Shown here: piece after piece, positions 25,928 through 35,031 of the stretch
How the letters are laid out: the number at the start of each line of letters is the position of its first letter
Position numbering within the stretch: the first letter of the stretch is position 1
Assembly (NCBI GenBank): GCA_023133225.1
Contig: JAGLWV010000116.1
Location: 1 to 47,017, forward strand
Length of the DNA stretch: 47,017 nt
DNA from: Candidatus Aminicenantes bacterium
GTDB lineage: Bacteria; Acidobacteriota; Aminicenantia; Aminicenantales; Aminicenantaceae
Direction of reading: 5' to 3'
Notes under the pieces: generated by a model
What the model was told of the DNA's origin: nothing
Databases searched by the model: none
What the model saw: the letters and a program-made list of their open reading frames with translations, nothing else
Translations under genes and position numbers: made by a program

Positions 25928-28230
25928 TGCTCTTCTGTCTCTTCCTCTCCATAATAATGGTAGCTGGACCGATAGTGATGATAATACGGTGAATAGTATC
26001 CCTCTCCTTTGGCCTTGACCTCGTTAAAGATCACACCAATAATCTTTCCATTAGCCCGTCTCAACTCCTCTACCGCTCGCAAAAAGGGCTTGCGTGTGGT
26101 CTCTCCGGCTTCAATGATCAAAACAGTACTATCTACGAAGGAAGAGATAATGACAGGGTCAACCACAACCAGCAGAGGAGGCGAATCAAGGAGAACAACA
26201 TCAAACTTTTTTTTCACCTGGCCAAGGAGTTCCTTCATTCTGTTTGAATTGAGAAGCTCGGATGGATTAGGTGGAATAGGCCCGCTTGGAATGATCCAGA
26301 TATTTTCTACGAATGTCTTCTGAATGACATCTTTTAAAGGAACCTTTCCCGTCAAAAAGCCGCTTAATCCCCCAATATTTTTTACCTTGAATACTCGATG
26401 AAGCCGGGGCTTCCTTAAATCCGAATCCACAAGGAGAACTTTCTCCTCAAGTTGAGAAAAGGCCACGGCCATATTAGCCAGAGTAGATGTTTTTCCTTCC
26501 CCAGGAAGTGCACTGGAAAAAGCAATAGTCTTAGGAGGGCTTTCTGCATGAGAAAGCAAAATGGAAGTCCTCACCGTCCTGTAATCCTCGGATACGAAAA
26601 ATTTCGGGTGAATGTGATTAATGAGTTCAATTTCTTTTATTTCTGGCAGGTTTTCCTCGCTCTTTGGATTTTTATCTTCAGAAGAGTAAGAATATTTCTT
26701 TTTATATTTCGAATAATAGCCATATCTCTTTTTCTTCTTCATCCCTTCTGGAGGAATGTAGGGAATAATTCCCAATGAAGGAAGGCCGGTCAATTTTTCC
26801 ACATCCTCCGGTCCCTTAACTGTATTGTCCAAATATTCCATGATAAAACAGAGGCCTACTCCCCCAAAAATACCGACGATCAAAGCCAGTATAAGACTCC
26901 GCTTCTTCTTCGGCGAAACAGGATTTTTGGGGATTTCTGCCTTATCAATAATGCTGATATTGCTGGTCTTAAGCCCTCTCAGCCTTGCTGAAACCTGAGT
27001 CTCATTCTGCCTTTCCACAAGAGAATTGAGCTGTCTGCGCTTATTCTCAACCTCTATCTTTATGCTGTTATAGAGAATGGCATTGCTGTCCATCCTGACC
27101 ACTTCAGCCCTGTGTTCCTCAAGCAGACGCTTTAAAGATACCTCCTCTTTTTTAGCAGACCGGTATTCTCTCTCAGCTCCATCCACTGCCTTTTTTATCT
27201 CGTTTCTAAGCCCCTCTCTCATGCTGTCAAGCTTTGCCTTGAGCTGAATCATCTCAGGATAGCCGGGCCTAAATATTTTACTCTTTTCCTCATACTCATT
27301 TTTAATTCTGAAATACTCAGTCTTGAGCTGTTGAAGCAGAGGATTAGCTGCAAATTGAGGCAGGGAGTCCGCATCTAATTCCTTCAACTCACGGTAAATG
27401 GCCTCTGTTTCGATGCGTTTAATCTCGGATTTTGTTAAAGCTTCTGTTAAATCAGCAAATTTACTGATTGCCACACTCTCTGTAGGACTTAAAAAGAAGA
27501 GTTCCTTCTCCTTGCCGTATCTTTGAAGTTCCCGCTCTTTTGCCGCTAAATCTTCCCTCACATTGGCAATCTGTTCGCTCAGAAAATAAGAAGCCTGCTG
27601 GGTTGTCTCATATCTTTTTTCAACAGAAAAGCTTATAAACTCTTCAGCTAAAGTATTTACTATATCAGCACTCAGAAAAGAATAAGGAGATTTGTAGCTC
27701 ACCTCTACTAATTTTGTATTACGTATAGGTGAGACCTCTATGTTTCCCTGAATACCCCTTGCCACTTCAGAATAAGGATTTAAAGGAATTTGAGATTTTA
27801 AACCTTCCTCTTCCGATTTTCTCTTAGGTAAAATCAAGCCTTTTAAGGATGCAAAAAAGCTCTTTTTTGGCTTTTTTCCTGCTCCAAACTCTGACCGAGA
27901 TAAAAGATTCATTTTTCTAGCCACTCTTTCTGCTAAAGATTTGCTTTTAAGAAGCTTTAGCTGTGTATTGTAAAATCTCAAATCTACTGCACGACGCTGA
28001 TAACCAAATTCATCTTCTATACTCAATATTCTTGAGCTTCCTTCTTCAATAAGTAAAGTTATTTTAGCTTCATATATAGGAGTTGTAGTAAAAGTTTTAA
28101 TAGCAACAAATAAAATAAGCACCCCCGCAAAAACAACAATTACACTCTTCCTCTTTACAATCACCCTCCAGTACTCTAACAAATCCACCTCTTTCTCTCT
28201 TTCTTCTCTATGATCCGTTTCAAAATCCAT
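25924..28230 (-). CDS. Polysaccharide co-polymerase / BY-tyrosine autokinase (Wzc/GumC-like, fused)
   Basis: 768-aa ORF. It has a Wzz-type N-terminus with a TM helix, a long coiled-coil periplasmic region and a second TM helix. The kinase domain has Walker A (SALPGEGKTSTLANMA), Walker A'/B (LVDSDLRKP, VVLLDSPP) and a C-terminal Tyr cluster (YYSPYYHHYRSSYHYY). Confidence 0.9.
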   Translation of the reverse strand: MDFETDHREEREKEVDLLEYWRVIVKRKSVIVVFAGVLILFVAIKTFTTTPIYEAKITLLIEEGSSRILSIEDEFGYQRRAVDLRFYNTQLKLLKSKSLAERVARKMNLLSRSEFGAGKKPKKSFFASLKGLILPKRKSEEEGLKSQIPLNPYSEVARGIQGNIEVSPIRNTKLVEVSYKSPYSFLSADIVNTLAEEFISFSVEKRYETTQQASYFLSEQIANVREDLAAKERELQRYGKEKELFFLSPTESVAISKFADLTEALTKSEIKRIETEAIYRELKELDADSLPQFAANPLLQQLKTEYFRIKNEYEEKSKIFRPGYPEMIQLKAKLDSMREGLRNEIKKAVDGAEREYRSAKKEEVSLKRLLEEHRAEVVRMDSNAILYNSIKIEVENKRRQLNSLVERQNETQVSARLRGLKTSNISIIDKAEIPKNPVSPKKKRSLILALIVGIFGGVGLCFIMEYLDNTVKGPEDVEKLTGLPSLGIIPYIPPEGMKKKKRYGYYSKYKKKYSYSSEDKNPKSEENLPEIKEIELINHIHPKFFVSEDYRTVRTSILLSHAESPPKTIAFSSALPGEGKTSTLANMAVAFSQLEEKVLLVDSDLRKPRLHRVFKVKNIGGLSGFLTGKVPLKDVIQKTFVENIWIIPSGPIPPNPSELLNSNRMKELLGQVKKKFDVVLLDSPPLLVVVDPVIISSFVDSTVLIIEAGETTRKPFLRAVEELRRANGKIIGVIFNEVKAKGEGYYSPYYHHYRSSYHYYGEEETEEQ

Positions 28231-28342
28231 TTTTCTTCCCTTTTTGTTTTTTTATATTTAAATACTATTAGCTCTTTAACCCTTTCTCTTCACTCATTTA
28301 TCAATTTTAAATTTTGATTTTTGAGTTAATCTTACTCTTCAT

Positions 28343-29182
28343 TTAAAATATCGTCTCGGGCACATAAACTACATCATTTTCCAATAATTGTATATCCTTC
28401 TTCTTCCCCTTAATAATATCCTTCACATTCACTTTTATCTTCTGTTCCTCTCCGTCCTTATCAATCCTTTTTATAAGCACCTTGCCTTTTGAGGCCCGCT
28501 CGGAAAAGCCCCCAGCTTGGGCAATAGCCTGAAGAAGTGTGGGTATATTGGACTTTTTGACCTTAAGAGCTCCTGGCCTTTTCACCTGGCCGAAAACGTA
28601 AATGAACACCTCTTTATCCACCGGAATATTTATAATATCATTTGCTTGCAGAGGTATATTCAGGCTGGCATCTCCTTCTAAAAACAAATCATCAATCGAG
28701 ATCTTAAAAACAGTGCTTGTGCCGTCCTGAAGCGGGCGGATAACAATAATCTTATCCCCTGCATTCTCCGTAAGCCCTCCGGCTTCAGAAATAAGCTGAA
28801 GCAGGGTTTGACGGCCGAGAAGCTCATAAGGGCCGGGCTTTCCAACTGCCCCAAGTACAGATATTCTTTTGCTTTGGTACTCCTTTATAAAAACCGTTAC
28901 TTGAGGGCTCTGGAGGTATTTTTCTTCAAATAGCTGACTTAACTTTTTTTCAAGCTCAGTTTTGGTTAAACCTTCAACCTCAACTTCGCCTAATAAGGGA
29001 AGAGTTATTTTCCCACCTTCTGAAACCCGCACAGTTTTATTCATATCATTCAGGCCAAAAACACTTATCTCTATAAGATCCTTAGCCCCTATTTTATAAT
29101 CCGCCGTAAACCTCGCCTGCCCAAATAAAATAATCGAAACCATCAATATAAAAGGAATCAACATAATACTTTTCTTATTCAT
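28343..29182 (-). CDS. Polysaccharide export protein (Wza-like: Poly_export + SLBB domains)
   Basis: 279-aa ORF with a signal peptide. It has the YKIGAKDLIEISVFG...V.VSEGG.I.LPL.GEV.V.G.T motif typical of Poly_export, followed by two SLBB-like repeats. Confidence 0.85.
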   Translation of the reverse strand: MNKKSIMLIPFILMVSIILFGQARFTADYKIGAKDLIEISVFGLNDMNKTVRVSEGGKITLPLLGEVEVEGLTKTELEKKLSQLFEEKYLQSPQVTVFIKEYQSKRISVLGAVGKPGPYELLGRQTLLQLISEAGGLTENAGDKIIVIRPLQDGTSTVFKISIDDLFLEGDASLNIPLQANDIINIPVDKEVFIYVFGQVKRPGALKVKKSNIPTLLQAIAQAGGFSERASKGKVLIKRIDKDGEEQKIKVNVKDIIKGKKKDIQLLENDVVYVPETIF

Positions 29183-29267
29183 AATCTAAACTCCCTGAAT
29201 ATTTATTATTAATCTGAATTTTTCTCATTCTTTCAGCAATTTAACAGTTTAACAGTTTTCTTATTTT

Positions 29268-30545
29268 TTAAAATTCATAAGTAATATAACCTCCAACAAA
29301 CATTCTCTCTCTGTTCTCCCAATAATAATTCGACTCTCTCTTCCAGAAATTAACCATCAATCCAATTCCAGTATTTCTTATAATCCTGAAAACAAAACCT
29401 ACTATATGAGCACGGTGTATATCTCGCCTTTTTATTTGTTCATATCGTCCATCTGGCATTCGTAGCATCATCGGTTCCGGATATTTGGCCTCTCCGTAAT
29501 TAAAATTATAATCAATCCTCAAGAATTTTGTTAAATAAAAAGATATTCCAGCACTATACCTGTCTTCATTGAAAAATATAATGTTTGTCCAGTAAGAAAA
29601 ATGAACATCTCTGTTATAATTGAGGCGAAATCCAAAACGGGCCAGTCTGAAATTAAGACCGGTATTGCCAACAAATCCTGAAAAACCTTTCTTTTCTTCT
29701 ATCTTAGGGATAAGCTTCTTGTAGCCAAGGGAAAGAGTTCCTCTCACTCTCCCCAAATGCGGAAATCTGATCCCCGAATAAACTTTGTAAGAAGATGAGT
29801 CTCGCCAGCTAGATTGAACATGCTCAAATTTGTATTCTGTATATCCTCCCCCTATAAAAAAAAAGCTCTCTGAAAAGATTCTGTAATAAAACTCAAAATT
29901 TCCATTTTTCTCTTTACGGTTTAAAGCGCGTGAGAGATAAATCTCTTCTCCGGGGAGTGTAATATCCTCATACATGATCGTTCTGACTGACCAGGAAAAA
30001 CCAAAAGATGTGCTTCGAGCCGTTTCATAAAATAAACGACTATTATACTTTTTAATCCTCTCATTTGCCCGGACATCAAATTCACTCGATGCACGCCGCC
30101 TTCTGTTACTATAAGAATAATTCCCTGAAATAACGAAACGATTGAGAAAAAGAAATTTAAACGCTGGGGATAAGGTGTTATTCCACCTTCTCTCCCTTTT
30201 TTGCTCAAAATAATAAACATATTCCGGATTCTCCATGAAAGAAAGAATTAAATAATTTCGAAAAAGAAAGTATAATTTGATCTCAGGCGAAACAGTCCCT
30301 GTGAAATCAGAAGCGGGATTGTCCTCCTCTCGTTGATAATAAACATTATTATCATAACCGATATTTTTAAAATTGACTGTTGGAAGAATCCGGAATGGTC
30401 CAAGTCGTAACTTAGCTTTTTTTACAATCTGATCAAGCTCAAATTTGAATGACTGATAACTCTGCCCATATGAAGAAATTGAAATTAGAAATAGCAACAG
30501 GAAAAACATAGACAATAAAAAGAAAACATAAAATGACTTTCTCAT
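29268..30545 (-). CDS. Outer-membrane beta-barrel protein associated with the polysaccharide export module
   Basis: The ORF is open from 30593. The Met at 30545 gives a clean signal peptide (MRKSFYVFFLLSMFFLLLFLISISSYGQ). It shows alternating aromatic/hydrophobic beta-strand patterning throughout and a C-terminal YEF. No specific family recognised. Confidence 0.6.
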   Translation of the reverse strand: MRKSFYVFFLLSMFFLLLFLISISSYGQSYQSFKFELDQIVKKAKLRLGPFRILPTVNFKNIGYDNNVYYQREEDNPASDFTGTVSPEIKLYFLFRNYLILSFMENPEYVYYFEQKRERRWNNTLSPAFKFLFLNRFVISGNYSYSNRRRRASSEFDVRANERIKKYNSRLFYETARSTSFGFSWSVRTIMYEDITLPGEEIYLSRALNRKEKNGNFEFYYRIFSESFFFIGGGYTEYKFEHVQSSWRDSSSYKVYSGIRFPHLGRVRGTLSLGYKKLIPKIEEKKGFSGFVGNTGLNFRLARFGFRLNYNRDVHFSYWTNIIFFNEDRYSAGISFYLTKFLRIDYNFNYGEAKYPEPMMLRMPDGRYEQIKRRDIHRAHIVGFVFRIIRNTGIGLMVNFWKRESNYYWENRERMFVGGYITYEF

Positions 30546-30688
30546 TCTAATCTCTATGTGAATTTTTAAGCATTTCTTCTGCTTTCGCGGCATCCCTCAA
30601 TTAGGTGGACCCCATTGGATTAATGGCATTTCCTATGAGCAGCCTTTATATATCTGAGATGACCTGCCCCCCATCAATGTACTACCGT

Positions 30689-31018
30689 TTAAGTTAAATT
30701 TTTCACCTTAAAAGCCTCTGGGGCTGGCGGTCTGTAACCCAGAGAACTGTGAGGCCGGAGCTGATTATATTTCCTTCTCCAGCGCTCTATGATCACCTTT
30801 GCCTCCAATAATGTATCAAATATTTCTCCATTCAGCAACTCATCTTTGAACTTTCCGATAAACGATTCTACATAGCCATTCTCCTAAGGACTTCCTGGTT
30901 CTCTGTATAGAGTTGTTACCCCGAGATTCAACAGCCATTTTCTTACTGCTTTCGCTGTGAATTCCGGAGCATCATCTGAGCGAATATGATCAAGTGTCCC
31001 TCGACTGTAAATTTCACT
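30689..31018 (-). pseudogene. Remnant of an IS3/IS481-type DDE (rve integrase-core) transposase: C-terminal ~100 codons with an in-frame stop
   Basis: The minus-strand translation reads ...RGTLDHIRSDDAPEFTAKAVRKWLLNLGVTTLYREPGSP*ENGYVESFIGKFKDELLNGEIFDTLLEAKVIIERWRRKYNQLRPHSSLGYRPPAPEAFKVKNLT*. The TAG at 30884-30886 replaces the conserved Trp of the SPWENGY motif. No N-terminal part is present, and upstream stop codons start at about 31049. Confidence 0.8.
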
Positions 31019-31053
31019 TCTATAAGTGGGGCAGGAAGATTCGACTCCTCATA

Positions 31054-31082
31054 TTGACAGGCGGGAAGACCTAATCTATACT
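31054..31082 (+). promoter_or_regulatory. Sigma70-type promoter for thiC
   Basis: TTGACA (31054-31059), N17, TATACT (31077-31082). A 9-bp dyad, GAAGACCTA (31065-31073) / TAGGTCTTC (31108-31116), overlaps the spacer and the leader. Confidence 0.55.
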
Positions 31083-31140
31083 TAGTAGTTAGAAAAAGAC
31101 CAAATTATAGGTCTTCATTTCAAATTTATCCTGGGAGACA

Positions 31141-32451
31141 ATGACTCAAATAGATGAAGCAAGAAAAGGCAATATCACTTCCTCTCTGAAAAAAGTTGCT
31201 GAGGAGGAAGGGTTGGCTCCTGAAACCCTGCTCGATCTAGTTTCAAAGGGAAAGGTTGTCATTCCTCATAATCCCAACCACTCCCCTATCCATCCTGTAG
31301 GCATCGGTCAAAAACTCAGAACAAAGGTCAATGTGAATATCGGAACTTCAATGGATTTTCCACAGGAAGAAAACGAACTCAAAAAAACTGAAATTGCTTT
31401 AAAACATGAAACCGATACACTGATGGATCTCAGCACAGGCGGCGACATCACGAAAATCCGCAGGATGATCCTCGAAAAAGCCCGCATCCCCTTGGGCACT
31501 GTTCCTGTCTACCAGGTGGCCATCGAAGCTATCGATAAACAAGGCTCCATCGTCGACATGACGGAAGACGATTTGTTTTCTGTCATCGAAGCTCAAGCCA
31601 AAGAAGGTGTGGATTTCATGACGGTCCACTCAGGGCTGACTTCTAGAGCTATAGATAGATTGAAGAATCAGGGAAGAGTGGCTGATATTGTCTCTCGAGG
31701 CGGTGCCTTTCATCTTGCCTGGATGCTTCACAACCAGAAAGAAAATCCCCTTTATGCCGGCTTTGACCGGCTGCTTGAAATAGCTCATAAATACGATATA
31801 ACGTTGAGCCTTGGAGACGCTCTTAGACCAGGCTCCATCCTTGATGCTACAGACCGTCCTCAGTTAGAAGAACTTTTAACTCTTGGAGAACTTGTTAAAA
31901 GAGCCTGGGAACAGAATGTACAGGTCATGGTGGAAGGACCAGGACATATACCTTTAGATCAGGTCGAGATGAACATAAAACTTCAGAAACGTGTTTGCCA
32001 TGAAGCACCCTTTTATGTTTTAGGCCCTCTGGTTACGGATATCGCTCCTGGCTATGATCACATCGTCTCGGCAATAGGGGGAGCAATAGCGGCTGCAGCC
32101 GGAGCAGATTTTCTCTGTTATGTCACACCCTCCGAACACATCGGTCTTCCATCGGTCGATGATGTCAGAGAAGGACTCATTGCCTCAAGGATTGCCGCCC
32201 ATGCTGCTGATATTGTAAAGGGTGTAAAAGGCGCATCAGACCGAGATTTAAAGATATCTGAAGCCCGGAAAAAACTCGACTGGGCAGAGCAAGAGAAACT
32301 TGCCCTAGATCCCTATAAATTCAAAGGTATCAGAAAAGAAAGAAAGTCGAAATCAGCGGCCTGTTCCATGTGTGGTAATTTTTGTGCCATGCAGATCGTA
32401 AGCGAATTCCTCAACTCTAAAGATGGAAAGGCCGATGACTTCTGCTTCTAA
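31141..32451 (+). CDS. thiC: Phosphomethylpyrimidine synthase (radical SAM, short anaerobe-type ThiC)
   Basis: 436-aa ORF with full-length ThiC resemblance ([29 protein letters not shown]) and the C-terminal CX2CX4C cluster motif (CSMCGNFC). Confidence 0.95.
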   Translation: MTQIDEARKGNITSSLKKVAEEEGLAPETLLDLVSKGKVVIPHNPNHSPIHPVGIGQKLRTKVNVNIGTSMDFPQEENELKKTEIALKHETDTLMDLSTGGDITKIRRMILEKARIPLGTVPVYQVAIEAIDKQGSIVDMTEDDLFSVIEAQAKEGVDFMTVHSGLTSRAIDRLKNQGRVADIVSRGGAFHLAWMLHNQKENPLYAGFDRLLEIAHKYDITLSLGDALRPGSILDATDRPQLEELLTLGELVKRAWEQNVQVMVEGPGHIPLDQVEMNIKLQKRVCHEAPFYVLGPLVTDIAPGYDHIVSAIGGAIAAAAGADFLCYVTPSEHIGLPSVDDVREGLIASRIAAHAADIVKGVKGASDRDLKISEARKKLDWAEQEKLALDPYKFKGIRKERKSKSAACSMCGNFCAMQIVSEFLNSKDGKADDFCF

Positions 32452-33271
32452 AAAACTTCTCTTCGGCACAGCAGGAGTGCCTCATTCTGCATCTGCAGCC
32501 TCAACCTTATCCGGTATTCAGCGAATCTCAGACCTGGGACTTGACTGTCTTGAGATCGAGTTTGTCAGAGGCGTAAAAATAGGGAACGACATGTGCCAAA
32601 AAATCAGAGAAAAAGCAAAAGCGCTCAACGTAAGTCTCAGTGTTCATGCGCCCTACTATATTAACTTGAATTCTCCTGAGGAGGGAAAAAAGCTGGCCAG
32701 TCAGGAAAGACTTTTGACCTCAGCCCGAATGGCAGAGAAGTGCGGGGCAAAGAGTGTGGTGTTTCACGCAGGCTATTATGGAGGGACTGACCCTGAGCAG
32801 GCATACAAAACCATTAAAAAAGGCCTTATGGATGTTGTCTCCATAGTGAAATCAGAAAGAAATCCCGCCACCTTCAGGCCTGAAACTATGGGAAAAAAAT
32901 CGCAGTTCGGGTCACTTAAGGAAATTCTTTTCCTCTGCCGCGATGTGGACGGAATCCTTCCCTGCATCGACTTCGCCCATATCCATGCACGAGAAGGGAA
33001 AGCGAATAGTTACAATGAGTTCCACCGGATTATAAAAAAAATTGAAAAAAAATTGGGGAAAGAAGCTTTAAAAAACAGCCATATTCATATCACAGGTGTC
33101 CATTATACCGCTAAAGGAGAAATAAAGCATTTAAACCTGAAAGATTCAGATTTTCGCTATGATGACTGGATCCAGGCTCTGAAAAATTGCACAGTTGAGG
33201 GCATGGTTATCTGTGAAAGCCCCAACCGGGAGAAGGATGCAAAAATGCTTAAAAACCTTTATTATAGTTGA
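32423..33271 (+). CDS. Xylose-isomerase-like TIM barrel protein (AP endonuclease family 2 / endonuclease IV-like)
   Basis: 282-aa ORF overlapping the thiC end; the alternative Met at 32435 is possible. [35 protein letters not shown] and the HITG metal-ligand pattern are typical of the family. Confidence 0.7.
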   Translation: MERPMTSASKKLLFGTAGVPHSASAASTLSGIQRISDLGLDCLEIEFVRGVKIGNDMCQKIREKAKALNVSLSVHAPYYINLNSPEEGKKLASQERLLTSARMAEKCGAKSVVFHAGYYGGTDPEQAYKTIKKGLMDVVSIVKSERNPATFRPETMGKKSQFGSLKEILFLCRDVDGILPCIDFAHIHAREGKANSYNEFHRIIKKIEKKLGKEALKNSHIHITGVHYTAKGEIKHLNLKDSDFRYDDWIQALKNCTVEGMVICESPNREKDAKMLKNLYYS

Positions 33272-33279
33272 GAGTAGGG

Positions 33280-33340
33280 AAGGAGCTCATGGCTCATAGT
33301 AAGAAGAAGGAGTAAGGATTAAAGGATTAAGGAGTAAGGG
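33280..33340 (+). repeat. Heptamer-periodic intergenic repeat, copy A (AGCTCAT block followed by AAGGATT-type block)
   Basis: ggagctcatggctcatagtaagaagaaggagtaaggattaaaggattaaggagtaaggg. It has the same modules as 37341-37495 and lies directly upstream of the aldehyde dehydrogenase start. Confidence 0.8.
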
Positions 33341-33352
33341 GGAAGTTCAAAG

Positions 33353-34777
33353 ATGAAGAAATATACATTATTGATCAATGGAAAATGGAAAGAATCTAAA
33401 GACAGAAGAGAAATAAAATCTCCTTATGACCAGAGTCCTGTCGGAAAAGTACATTTTGCTGGAAACGAGGAAATAGAAGAGGCTATCGCTTCTGCCCATG
33501 AAGCTTTCTCTGAAACAAAAAAGCTGTCAAGCCATGAGCGGTCTCAAGTGCTGGAGAAAATCTCGTTGGAGATAGAAAATAGAAAAGAAGAGCTGGCCAG
33601 GTCAATCACTCTATCTGGAGGAAAACCGATCAAATCCTCACGGATTGAGGTCGAAAGAGCAGCCAATACATTCAAAATTGCTTCAGAAGAAGCCAAAAGA
33701 ATCGATGGAGAAATTATCCCTCTGGACTTGAGCGTTCAAACGAAGGAGAGGTGGGGCCTTGTGAGGCGATTCCCCATCGGTGTTATAAGCGCCATCTCAC
33801 CCTTCAATTTTCCCCTCAATCTCGTCGCCCACAAGGTTGCACCGGCCTTTGCTTCAGGGAACTCAGTTGTCCTGAGACCTTCCTCGCAGGTTTCCATCAC
33901 ATCGCTTCTTCTCGGAGAAATCATCAACGAAACTGATTATCCTGCGGGCGGAATGAATATCGTTCCTTCAAGCCATGAAGCTGCCGGAAGCCTTATTGAA
34001 GACAAAAGGATAGGCATGATCACATTCACCGGAAGCCCGTCTGTCGGATGGGATCTGAAGAGGAAAGCATACAAAAAAAAGGTGACACTGGAACTTGGCG
34101 GGAATGCAGCCGTAGTTATAGAACCCGATGTTGACCTGGATCCTATCATCCCCAGGATAGTGCAGGGCTCCTTTTCTTACTCGGGACAAATCTGCATCTC
34201 TATTCAGAGGATCTTTCTTCATGAAAAAATCTACGACCGGTTCATGGCTGATTTCATCAAAGCCACAAAGGAACTTAAAATGGGAAATCCTATTGAAGAA
34301 GAGACAGACATAGGACCCATGATAAATATGGAAGCTGCAAATCAGACTGAGGAATGGCTCTTGGAAGCAGTAGAGAACGGTGCAAAGATCATTACTGGCG
34401 GCAGAAGAGACGGTGTAATGTTTGAGCCGACAATCCTCGAAAATGTTAAGCCAGAACTTCGCATTTCCTGGCTGGAAGCCTTTGCGCCTGTAGTAGTGGT
34501 CTACCGCTATAAGGACTATGAAGAGGCTTTAAAAGGAGTCAATTATTCAATCTACGGCCTTCAAGCCGGAATTTTTACCAGCGACCTGAAAAAGGCTTTC
34601 CAGGCTTTTGAAGTACTGGATGTAGGAGGCGTGATTGTGAATGATATCCCTACCTTCCGAGTCGACCATATGCCCTATGGTGGAGTGAAGGAATCGGGCT
34701 TCGGCCGTGAAGGTTTGAAATACGCCATCGAAGAAATGACTGAATTGAAATTGATGGCGATCAATCTAAAAATTTAG
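33353..34777 (+). CDS. NAD(P)-dependent aldehyde dehydrogenase (GapN/lactaldehyde dehydrogenase-like)
   Basis: 474-aa ORF with the catalytic Glu motif (LELGGNA), the catalytic Cys motif (SGQICIS) and FTGS. The substrate cannot be assigned. Confidence 0.9.
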   Translation: MKKYTLLINGKWKESKDRREIKSPYDQSPVGKVHFAGNEEIEEAIASAHEAFSETKKLSSHERSQVLEKISLEIENRKEELARSITLSGGKPIKSSRIEVERAANTFKIASEEAKRIDGEIIPLDLSVQTKERWGLVRRFPIGVISAISPFNFPLNLVAHKVAPAFASGNSVVLRPSSQVSITSLLLGEIINETDYPAGGMNIVPSSHEAAGSLIEDKRIGMITFTGSPSVGWDLKRKAYKKKVTLELGGNAAVVIEPDVDLDPIIPRIVQGSFSYSGQICISIQRIFLHEKIYDRFMADFIKATKELKMGNPIEEETDIGPMINMEAANQTEEWLLEAVENGAKIITGGRRDGVMFEPTILENVKPELRISWLEAFAPVVVVYRYKDYEEALKGVNYSIYGLQAGIFTSDLKKAFQAFEVLDVGGVIVNDIPTFRVDHMPYGGVKESGFGREGLKYAIEEMTELKLMAINLKI

Positions 34778-34784
34778 AATTGTT

Positions 34785-34945
34785 GAGATTGCCGCGTCGC
34801 TTCCCGCCACGCTCTGCTCGCGGTTTCGGCTCACCCCCGCAATGACATTTTTTTCATGAGCTATGAGCTTCTTGCTTAATCCTTAATCCTTACCCCTTAA
34901 TCCTTCTATAAGCTATGAGCCATGAGCTTCTTGAGATGACATTTT
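34785..34945 (-). repeat. Composite intergenic repeat, copy B (inverted relative to copies A and C)
   Basis: A GAGATTGCC core and a GC-rich segment are followed by caatgacattttttt, then catgagctatgagcttcttgcttaatccttaatccttaccccttaatcctt...ctatgagccatgagcttcttgagatgacatttt. This is the reverse complement of the modules in 37341-37542. Confidence 0.85.
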
Positions 34946-35031
34946 ATTTTTCCTTGACACCTTTTCCTTAGAATCCTAAACTAAAGCTTAATTCATACCT
35001 TTTCAAATTTATCTTCACCCGGAGGTATTTT

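Noticed and set aside
30601-30668. TPP-riboswitch-like fragments (CTGAGA, ACCTG, and a CCATTGGATTAATGG hairpin resembling the pyrimidine-sensor helix)
   Set aside because: The fragments are in the wrong order for the aptamer. They lack the GGGGTGC and CGTAGGGA elements. They are separated from thiC by the transposase remnant and the promoter. This needs a cmsearch run for a definitive answer.
33283-33330. Mini-ORFs inside the heptamer repeats (for example ATG GCT CAT AGT AAG AAG AAG GAG TAA)
   Set aside because: They follow from the ATG and TAG content of the AGCTCAT motif. The frame is not conserved between copies because the period is 7 nt, and the copies occur in both orientations.
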